From assembly GCA_905178155.1 (NCBI GenBank), contig CAJINV010000005.1:6560625-6589927 (forward strand): a stretch of 29,303 nt of DNA, written 5' to 3'. This DNA comes from Amoebophrya sp. A120. Lineage: Eukaryota; Protista; Dinoflagellata. Under the pieces are notes generated by a model. The model saw only the letters and a list, made by a program, of their open reading frames with translations. It searched no databases and was not told where the DNA came from. Made by a program: the position numbers and the translations under genes. Below, piece after piece: positions 21,243 to 29,303 of this stretch (position 1 is the first letter of the stretch; each line of letters begins with the position of its first letter).

Positions 21243-23336
21243 ATGAAAAACTACGAACAGGGACTTGCAGCTGCATCTACACTCACAAGTACGGTCGCCG
21301 ATCAGGTTCTTTATCACCAAGCAGGTACAACTACAAATAAAGTACTAGGAGCACCATCTTCTGAAGAGCACACAAATCATCTTGATGAGCATGTGTCGTC
21401 TATTATCTCTTCGGATGCGGTAAGCGAGTTCTTTGGGCAGGAGCTTCTTGGTAGCTTCACAAGTTTTACGGAGACCTATTATGCTGGTTCGGCAAGAATA
21501 CTCGTATTCCTGGACAACGTCTGCAGCGGGCTTTCGAGTTGGTTCATCGCAACTGTTAATTTCGTCTTCTCTGACCTGCTTCTGGAAATTCTGTTCTTCG
21601 TGCTGAACACGCTGGAGCCGGGTTTCTTGGCTGGTGAAACCTGGGTTACAACAAACGCAGTGTCGCCGGTTTGGGAAGGATCTTTTCATGTGCGAGAGTG
21701 GTGTTGTGGCTACGATGAAAATGATTTTTCATCTCATCTTGGCAGTAGTACCGGCAGAGAGTCACTATCCACAGAGGCACTGTCCAGAAGGCTATCAACG
21801 ACACTGGACACCGTGGCGACCGGTATCGCGTCTCTTACCCTCGGGTTGGAGGCGGTTTTCCTGCGGTTTTGTCTTTTTGCGAGCGGTGTGACGGTCGCTT
21901 TTCTTGGAAAAATTGGGGAAGTAGTAGTAGTAGTTGTTCTCTGGTTTGATTCATTTGGCGCAGGGGGTGGAAGACAAGCCGATGTGACTTCTGTGGCGTC
22001 AGTACAACCAGGACGACTGCAGGCGGCGACAGGACCTCCTGCGGCCACGATGGTGCAACAAGCAGGAGGCGAGGCTGGAACTTACATAGCTTCGTTGTAT
22101 AATGGAAACGTATCATGGAATATTAAAGCCGCATTACAAACTATGCTGGCCCGCAACTACACGATTCTCCGGATTCGCTACGCCCCGGGACTGCCGAAGT
22201 GGGAAAAAGTCACCGCTTTCCTGCACGATTGCCTGGAGCTGCTGTTGCATCCTGCTGACCCTGTTTGGGTCCTCTTCCTTGTCAGCTGCATACTGATCCT
22301 CGTTTTCTTGGCTTTTTTGCAGGCCGCCGTCGGACGAAGAGGCCGGAAGAGCGAAGCGCAAAAGGTGTTCTTGCTGTCGTCCGAAGTAGAGGAGCTGCGA
22401 ATTATAGGCAAGAGAGTGTTTATTTCAGCTACAGAAAAACAAGAGGAGGAGCCGATGTTGAACCAAGAGGATGAAGCTAGAAGAAGTACTGAAGAAATTA
22501 TAAAATCGGCACAGCTAGAAGACGCTGATGCAACTGTTGCTCCACTAGAAGTTTTGTCGCCATTTTCAAAACGGAGGGGGCTGTCGGCGGTTGTGGCGGC
22601 AGGGCATCGCATGTTGGAGAAGTGCGAGACGTACTGCAGGATAAAAATTGAGACGAGCTGTGGGGGATCATCTTCGAGGGAAAACATTAAAACGGAGACT
22701 AGTATAAGACTACCGGCGAACAAGAGCGGTAGTGGATTTGACAGTAGTACTGCCTCGTCTACTTCGCTGGCAGGGAACAAGGGTTATGATGTTGGTAAAG
22801 AGGATATGGAAGACCGGGAGCGAAGAGGGGTTCTGCTCGGCGATGAAGCTGCACGAGAGACCACACGGCAACAGCTTCATGGAGGCACAGCAGGCGTTGG
22901 GGAAGATCCCTACAAGGGCAGCTGCGTCCACCAAGTAGGCGCGGACATTATTATTGTCGAAAGAGCACCAAGACCAACATCAAGGGGAGGCGGAACAGCA
23001 GAGACAGACCTGACGAAAGAGCTACCAGTAGAAGATGAGCAGCGAGGTAGCTGTTCGCCGGGGGACCAAGTACTTCTACACGTTGGCTCTAGACGTACAA
23101 CAGATGGCACTAGAACGGAGAAATCGGCCATAAGAGGAACTTCTCCCGTCGAAGGTGTTGCGAGGAGGGGAAAAATGGCACAAAGTGGCTCAATAGCTGC
23201 TGCGGGACAACTCCCTGAGGATAAGGCTAAGACCATTAGGAAGAGAGAACATAATTCTTGTTACAAACTCTTCTGCTGTTGTTTCCAACAGGAGAACAAG
23301 GGGAAACTAAGTGTTGGAGATACCCAAACAAGATGA
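21243..23336 (+). CDS. Hypothetical membrane protein, 697 aa, apparently intronless
   Basis: Long uninterrupted ORF with hydrophobic segments (e.g. PVWVLFLVSCILILVFLAFLQAAV followed by GRRGRK), a low-complexity charged tail and a C-terminal Cys cluster CYKLFCCCF. Confidence 0.75.
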   Translation: MKNYEQGLAAASTLTSTVADQVLYHQAGTTTNKVLGAPSSEEHTNHLDEHVSSIISSDAVSEFFGQELLGSFTSFTETYYAGSARILVFLDNVCSGLSSWFIATVNFVFSDLLLEILFFVLNTLEPGFLAGETWVTTNAVSPVWEGSFHVREWCCGYDENDFSSHLGSSTGRESLSTEALSRRLSTTLDTVATGIASLTLGLEAVFLRFCLFASGVTVAFLGKIGEVVVVVVLWFDSFGAGGGRQADVTSVASVQPGRLQAATGPPAATMVQQAGGEAGTYIASLYNGNVSWNIKAALQTMLARNYTILRIRYAPGLPKWEKVTAFLHDCLELLLHPADPVWVLFLVSCILILVFLAFLQAAVGRRGRKSEAQKVFLLSSEVEELRIIGKRVFISATEKQEEEPMLNQEDEARRSTEEIIKSAQLEDADATVAPLEVLSPFSKRRGLSAVVAAGHRMLEKCETYCRIKIETSCGGSSSRENIKTETSIRLPANKSGSGFDSSTASSTSLAGNKGYDVGKEDMEDRERRGVLLGDEAARETTRQQLHGGTAGVGEDPYKGSCVHQVGADIIIVERAPRPTSRGGGTAETDLTKELPVEDEQRGSCSPGDQVLLHVGSRRTTDGTRTEKSAIRGTSPVEGVARRGKMAQSGSIAAAGQLPEDKAKTIRKREHNSCYKLFCCCFQQENKGKLSVGDTQTR

Positions 23337-23877
23337 AGCCTCCTGGGTCTTCTGATGGTCAAGAAACCTCTGCCTTTTTTTCCAGTTCCTACATGTGCAT
23401 TCTGTCGAGCATTTTTAGATACTACTTTGATGTTTCATGTCTCGAAATCAAAACGGCGTGATGCAATGCCGCGTCGGTTGCAAAAACATGATCGGAAATT
23501 TGAAGCTTAGCGTTCGGATCCTCGCTCGCCACCGCACAAGTGCTCGCTTGTCGTTATTGTTTTGGTGTTCTCTTTTTTGTGCAAATAGGAGCACAACACC
23601 CATCTTTGCTTCTCGTTGGCTTTCTAGACGAATCGAAGCGAAAGGTCCTAACGGAGGACACGAAGCCAGAACGTCGTTGAAAAAGTACTTGTCGCAAAGT
23701 AAAAAGAACCGAGAATGCTAGCGGGGCTATGTCGGTCGTATTTAATAGGGTGTTCTCACAAGACCGCATAATGATATCTCCAGTTGTACCACGGAGCTTT
23801 TCTTCCAGAAGAAGTGATGGTCACTGCGTGGTCTTCATGTTGCGTATAAATCGATGAAATAACTAAGGGTACAAGCG

Positions 23878-24156
23878 TATCCTGTGTAAAAACGTCCCCA
23901 CCCCAGAGTTGTCATGCAGATTTGCCATGACAGGAACATTTGTGATGCGCAACCCCATGACAGGCATTTTCAATCGTGTTTGGGAACTTGTAATGCTGTA
24001 AACAGGATCAGAAGGTCGATTTGTGATGCGGCTTTCCTTGCTAACTTGCACTACCTTACGGACTGAAACTTGTCATGCGTGACTCACAAAACTCCTAGGT
24101 TTGTGTTGCAAAATCCACATCCTGACTCTGGTGTGGGTACGTTTTTACTCAGGATA
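23878..24156. mobile_element. TIR element, family C, in non-coding DNA
   Basis: Ends tatcctgtgtaaaaacgtccccac ... gtgggtacgtttttactcaggata; perfect TSD AAGCG; empty homologous site at 25217-25221. Confidence 0.95.
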
Positions 24157-24184
24157 AAGCGAGCGCGGCACAACTCGTGGCCAA

Positions 24185-24674
24185 TAGTACTGCCTCGTCT
24201 ACTTCGCTGGCAGGGAACAAGAAGTGTCAGGATGTTGGTAAAGAAGATATGGAAGTAGAACGGGAACGAAATGGGCTTACTCTGCTTGATGGCGATAGAA
24301 GTACTATCAAAGCCGCACTAGAAGAAAGAACCCGGCAAGAGCCTCATGGAGACACTGCAGGCGTTGATGGGGATCCTCACAGGGCGGGCAGCAGCTGCTC
24401 CCACCAATTATGCAACGACAGTGTGGTCGAAAGAGCTGCACGTGCACCAACCGGAGGTGGAACAGAGACGGGCCTGACAAAATCGGCCTCTCTTCACATC
24501 GAAGATGTCGCGAAAAAGGCAGAAGTACAAGATTCAAGACTAGGTGCGGGGCTCCGCCCTGAGGGTAAGGGCATTAGGAAGAGAGGACATAAGCCTTGTT
24601 ACCAACTTTTTTGCTGCTTTTTCCAACAGGAGAACAAGGGGAAACTAAGTGTTGGAGATACCCAAACAAGATGA
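24185..24674 (+). pseudogene. 5'-truncated paralogous C-terminal fragment of the 697-aa gene (frame still open)
   Basis: The ORF-track 165-aa frame matches the tail of the 697-aa protein with indels; the N-terminal and membrane part is missing. Confidence 0.6.
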
Positions 24675-25241
24675 AGCCTCCTGGGTCTTCTGATGGCCTA
24701 GAAACTTCTGCCTTTTTTTCCAGTTCCTACATGTACATTTTGTCGAGCATTTTTAGATACTACTTTGATGATGTTTCATGTCTCGGAATGAAAACGGCGT
24801 GATGCAATGCCGCGTCGGTTGCAAAAACATGATCGGAAATTCGAAGCTTAGCGTGCGGATCCTCGCTCGCCACCGCACAAGTGCTCGCTTCTCGTTATTG
24901 TTTTGGTGTTCTCTTTTTTTGTGCAAATAGCAGGAGCACAACACCCATCTTTGCTTCTCTTCGGCTTTCTAGACGAATCGAAGCGAAAGGTCCTAACGGA
25001 GGACACGAAGCCAAAACGTCGTTGAAAAAGTACTTGTCGCAAAGTAAAAAGAACCGAGAATGCTAGCGGGGCTATGTCGGTCGTATCAAGGTTGTTCTCA
25101 CAAGACCGCGTAATGTTATCTCCACTTGTACCTCGGAGCTTTTCTTCCGGAAGAAGTGATGGGCACAGCGTCTTGGTGTTGCGTACATTAAATCGATGAA
25201 ATAATAAAAACATTACAAGCGAGCACTGCGAAACTCGTGGC
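24185..25241 (+). repeat. Tandem segmental duplicate of about 22745-24181 (3' part of the 697-aa gene and its downstream flank)
   Basis: Both copies start tagtactgcctcgtctacttcgctggcagggaacaa, share the coding end FQQENKGKLSVGDTQTR*, and stay similar through aactcgtggc. Confidence 0.92.
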
Positions 25242-25893
25242 TTTTTGCCCTGGATCGTCGTCGTATTTGTTGCTCCTGCACAGGTGAAATATCTTGGGGT
25301 ACTTTTAATACATGACTTCGTCAGGAGTCTTGTCGTGAAAGGATGACAAAGCTGCTAGTGCTACATGGGCAAAAATAAACGTCCTCGTGGTTTCTTGTTG
25401 GAGCTTCGTGTCGTGGTCCATTCCTTTACGGAGGTGCCCTATCTAGTTGCACAACCACCCTCAGGTTCTTCGTCTGATCTGGGTCGTGTACGACTTGTAC
25501 AGATTCAAGGTCGTTTCTACCAGCAGAATCGTTCAGATTCATAATCATAATTTCCCGCTTATTTGCAGCTCGTGTTATTTCTCTATTTCCCTACAATTGA
25601 TGTTCCAAGCGCTCCAACATGGGAAGAACCGAAGTAGAGCCAGTTTTTTTGCGCAAAGAATTGTACGTAACCGGGAAAAATTCTTGTAAGGCTTGTAAGT
25701 ACTACGTGGTACACGACCGAGGCTCGTAACTACGAGGCACAACTAGAACTACGGTAGTTGGAGCAAAATTTGAAAATAACTTCTTCTGGGTCGCATCAAT
25801 TACAGGGTAGAACAACGCAGAAGGTGAAGAAAAAATTGTGCTAAAAGTCATCAACAAAGAAAACCTAGCCGTGTACTACAACTGCACCAGATC

Positions 25894-28380
25894 ATGAGCA
25901 CGATGCCATCGTCCATGCAACGCCTTGCGGGGAAGAAGATGATCTTGTCCCCGTTTCTCCACTCTGTGATCACAACTACCTTCGGACCGGTTGGGCCCAA
26001 GAGCTTTTGCGGTGCGGTGAAGCCGAAAACGACAACGGCGACTACCCTTCTGCGCAAGCGCCACGGGGGGAAAAGAACTGCCGAGAAGAAGGCCGCGGCC
26101 CTGGCGAAGGAAGACAGCGAAGAGGGAGGACGAAAGTCTGGTGCACACTCCACCTCCGTCGTGCCCCCGGTTGCGCACCTCAATGTGCTGAAGCCGAATC
26201 CCTACGAGAGTTATACTCCCTATGAGGAGAAGGACTTGGGCTGGTGCACTGGGCCGAGTGATACGACGTACCGAAAGGAAAAATCCCCCCTCCCCGTATC
26301 AAAACGAAATTTCTGATGCTGGATTTGTGTACACAAATCCGGGCTGTCTTGCTGGAGAGCACTGCAGGCCCATACGAAGTGCGAGTAGACGGGTTTTGGC
26401 TTAGGCGCTTAGCATGAAAAACGTCGGCGCTGTAGGCCCAACATCATGACAAACCGTCTGCACAATGCGGCGGAGCGTGCGGCGTTGCCTGCTTGCAAGA
26501 CAGACGCGATTTGTGGCCACAAATCAGCATCACAAATTTCCAAAAATATATCTGAATTCTCAGTATGGGGAGGGGGATTTTTCCTTTCAATACGACGCCC
26601 GCCTTCCTCTTTCCCGTCTCGTCGCCGCACCTGAAGGAGATGCCGATGTTCGCGGCAGAGGTGACGAAGGGCAAGGAGCTGGAGGACAGGCTCGGCGAAG
26701 AAAGGTGGACGATAAACAACGGAAATCTGGTGGGCGGATGCTTCGAGAAGGGCGGGGTTTTGCTGCGCGGCGAAGTCCGGGACCTGCTGGCCATCGACAC
26801 GCTGACGGACAAAAATTTGGAGGCGAACGGGCTGTACCTCTGCGAGTCCTTTGTCGCCTTGGGTGGCCGAGAACTCGGAAATGTCAGCAGGCAGTCCCCG
26901 GTATCAAATGCAAAAATGTCTGGGTCTGGAAGGATGCAAGGTTTGTCATGCACATGTTGCGTGACTCTTGATGTCTGCGATGCATGCCCTAGCATCACAG
27001 ATCTTGTGAGGTGGGCTTTCTGATGCCTCTACCGCATGAGAAATGCCCTCTCGCCGTGGCCAAAACCAGACCTCTTTTGCTGTTCATGCAATACAGATTT
27101 TTGGATAATGCAGACGCAGCATCACAAGGTGCATTCTTCCAGACCCAGACATTTTTACATTTGATACCCGGGAGGACTGGACTCGGACTCTGACCTGTAC
27201 AAGGCCCCGATTACGGAGGAGGAGAAAGATATCGCAAGAAAAAACTGTTTCACTGTGAACTTGTGATGCATGGAATGGAACACAGAACTATTTGTCTTGC
27301 TACACCTCCAACGCATTGGATTTTTAAGGTGTTTTCCCTTGGGAAGCGCGCATGGCAAGTTTTCTGTGTCATGTGTAGCAAACTTGTGATGCGGATCTTG
27401 CAAAACCATCACAGTGAAACAGTTTTTTCGTGGGATAAGGGACTCACTTCGGCAGCGGACGAAGAATACGAGTGTCCAGATATCAAGAAAAAAAATCCCC
27501 CTTCTCCATATCAAAACGGAAATCCGTGATGCAGATTTGTGGCCACAAATCAGCCTTGTCGTGCTAGAAGGGAAAAGATGCGCACTGTAGCGCTGGGTGG
27601 CGTGGGAAAGCCTTGCATGTTCAGCATGACAGGAGGCGCCTGGAAGTGGGAAACAGCATGATAAATTGCCTGCAAACGGTGCCACAGGTGCGGCTCTTGG
27701 CCTCGCCTTCTGCAATTACAAGTCGACTTGTGTACTCAAATACAGCATCACAAGTCTCGTTTTCGATATGGGGAGTTGGGATTTTTCCTTTTAATACCAG
27801 ACCCCGGCCGTGCTCAAGTTTTGGAACGACCCGTGGATGGTGTGGTGTGTGGATGGACCCAGACCGGAACCTGGCGTCGGACGATCTCCGTCCTCCATGT
27901 TTGACAAAAAGCACCTCGATCTGGAACCCGAGTTGAGTCTGCACGACATTTTCCAAGCGATGCAGGCCGCAGGCGAAGACAACTACACGCTGCCGAAGGA
28001 CCAGCGCAGTGCCATCATCTCCGCCGCGTTGGACTCTATGACCTGCTCAAACGTATTACGATCTCAAACGTTACAGCAGAGTCTGGGTTTTTTTGCGTGT
28101 TGCATGATGAGCATGACAGACTCGTCGCACAGCGTAGTTCTTCCACTTTCTGCAACACAAATTGAGCCGAATTCTCATTGCAGTTTGGGCAATTTATTTT
28201 CCGGAACTTGTCATTCGCATCAATCCTGTGGGAGTAGGGTAAGTAGATGATGCACTTCTTGCATCACAGATGTCCGCAATACTGATTCTATGGTAAAATA
28301 ACCGATTTGAGATTGTGACAGCTGAGCAGCTTATACACTCAAAAGTGATCCTCTGGTACGGGCGGGGAGACAAAACGCTG
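25894..28380 (+). CDS. Hypothetical protein, possibly mitochondrion-targeted; 3' end interrupted or outside the window
   Basis: Inferred exons 25894-26267, 26594-26900, 27168-27228, 27439-27479, 27798-28035 and 28337-28380 join in frame under the same rule. The first 60 or so residues are rich in S/T/K/R and lack acidic residues. Confidence 0.7.
26269..26592. mobile_element. TIR introner, family B; intron 26268-26593 GT-AC
   Basis: Ends taccgaaaggaaaaatccccc ... gggggattttcctttcaata-like; perfect TSD CGACG. Confidence 0.9.
26902..27166. mobile_element. TIR introner, family A; intron 26901-27167 GT-AC
   Basis: Near-perfect TIR of about 30 bp; perfect TSD CCCGG. Confidence 0.92.
27230..27437. 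mobile_element. TIR introner, family D; intron 27229-27438 AT-AA
   Basis: Inverted repeat gaaaaaactgtttcactgtga / tcacagtgaaacagttttttc; TSD AAAGA/AGGGA. Confidence 0.88.
27481..27796. mobile_element. TIR introner, family B; intron 27480-27797 AT-AC
   Basis: Family B TIRs; perfect TSD CCAGA; close sibling of 4415-4735. Confidence 0.9.
28037..28335. mobile_element. TIR introner, family E; intron 28036-28336 CT-AC
   Basis: Ends tatgacctgctca ... tgagcagcttata; TSD GACTC/CACTC. Confidence 0.82.
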
Positions 28381-28381
28381 T

Positions 28382-28414
28382 TATCAAATGCAAAAATGTC
28401 TTGGTCCGGAAGAT
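28382..28414. mobile_element. Solo left TIR of a family A introner (interrupted)
   Basis: tatcaaatgcaaaaatgtcttggtccggaagatt followed by unrelated sequence; no right TIR before the window end. Confidence 0.75.
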
Positions 28415-28903
28415 TTCTAGATTACTACGAGAATCGAATAGCTTCGCCCGCTCGGCGTGACAGCGCAAACTTGCGCTAGAATGGGTAGTAGGGTTAGTGG
28501 GGGTGGTGGGTGAGGAAGCAAGGAAGGCGGCTCACTCCTGGGGGGAGGGAGACCGGCCCCAACCCGTCCCGCAGGAACGCGGAGCCGCTTGCGCGAACTT
28601 TTTTCGCAGAGGCGCAGTGGTACTCGGTAGGGAACACACGCGAAGCCTTCGTTGGGGGATGGCGCCGCAGTTTCCCGGTCGTGGGGAAGACCGCCGCAAG
28701 CCCCCCCCCTGTTTGCGCGATTCTGTCCCTGCGTACGTATTGAGGGTCCGACTTCGTACTTTTCCTGCGTACACATCAGAACCACCCAGACAGTAGAGGT
28801 CGCGTCTGCAGCAATGAAGGAACTAAAATCGCCCTCTCCTGCTGCCACGAAGAAACTTTTTAGCCCTCTATTGCGCAATACCCCGCGCAGGATAGACGAT
28901 GGC

Positions 28904-28927
28904 GATGATGATGATGATGATGATGAT
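28904..28927. repeat. (GAT)8 microsatellite
   Basis: Direct read of the sequence. Confidence 0.9.
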
Positions 28928-29303
28928 AAGACGATGATAAAAAAGCAAACGATCGATTAGAAAAGAAGATACGCATCCAAGGCTGTTAGAAGTTCAAGTT
29001 GCGCGGCCGGCCACGCAGTCATGCTGGCTAGCCGGCATGCGAGATCTGCAGTAGGCCAGGCCCAGGAGCAAGAAACGATGATCAAAAAGCTACGCCGGGC
29101 ACGTATGCCACAGGCGGGGGCGCGGGCAGGTTGCTTCGCCCTCGCGCTGGCGAACCCCTAGGGGCCTTGCTGCGGTTCATACTTACAATCGCCCCACCCT
29201 CTCATATCCACACTTCATCCCCGAACAGCGACGGTCTAGCTTTTGCTTTTCTTTTTACCACTGCAACCATTTACATTCATTTAGAGAAAGCCTAGCTTTT
29301 GCC

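Noticed and set aside
1543-28335. TA target duplication (Tc1/mariner- or ciliate IES-like) suggested by the TA at both ends
   Set aside because: The TA belongs to the TIR. The filled/empty pair and 17 perfect flanking pentamers show a 5-bp TSD, and leaving one TA does not preserve the frame.
1543-28414. Recurring ORF peptides such as KMSGSG, FQTQTFLHL, PDPDIF and ICGHKSASQI, suggesting a repeated protein domain
   Set aside because: They are translations of introner TIRs and bodies in various frames and strands, not proteins.

Overview
Eukaryotic genomic DNA, most consistent with a parasitic alveolate such as the syndinian dinoflagellate Amoebophrya (inferred from intron architecture, not proven). 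The dominant feature is a dense invasion of short (about 150-430 bp) non-autonomous terminal-inverted-repeat (TIR) elements acting as introns (introners). I found 34 complete copies and one truncated copy from about 7 sequence families. All begin TAT (TAC in three) and end ATA, and they are flanked by 5-bp target-site duplications (TSDs). One rule restores the reading frame at all 32 copies lying in coding sequence: remove the element plus one flanking base on each side (N-TAY...ATA-N). This leaves one extra codon per insertion, and only 6 of the 32 junctions are then GT-AG. Applying the rule reconstructs two tandem paralogous Cys-rich PAN/Apple-like surface-protein genes (617-8411, 13 introns; 10837-17967, 14 introns) and a partial gene (25894 to beyond 28380). 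Also present: an intronless membrane-protein gene (21243-23336) whose tandemly duplicated 3' end preserves an empty introner site, a 213-bp tandem repeat, paired 41-nt hairpins and a CTTCWGAAG motif array. No transposase is visible. Splice sites are inferred from frame logic and need RNA-seq confirmation.
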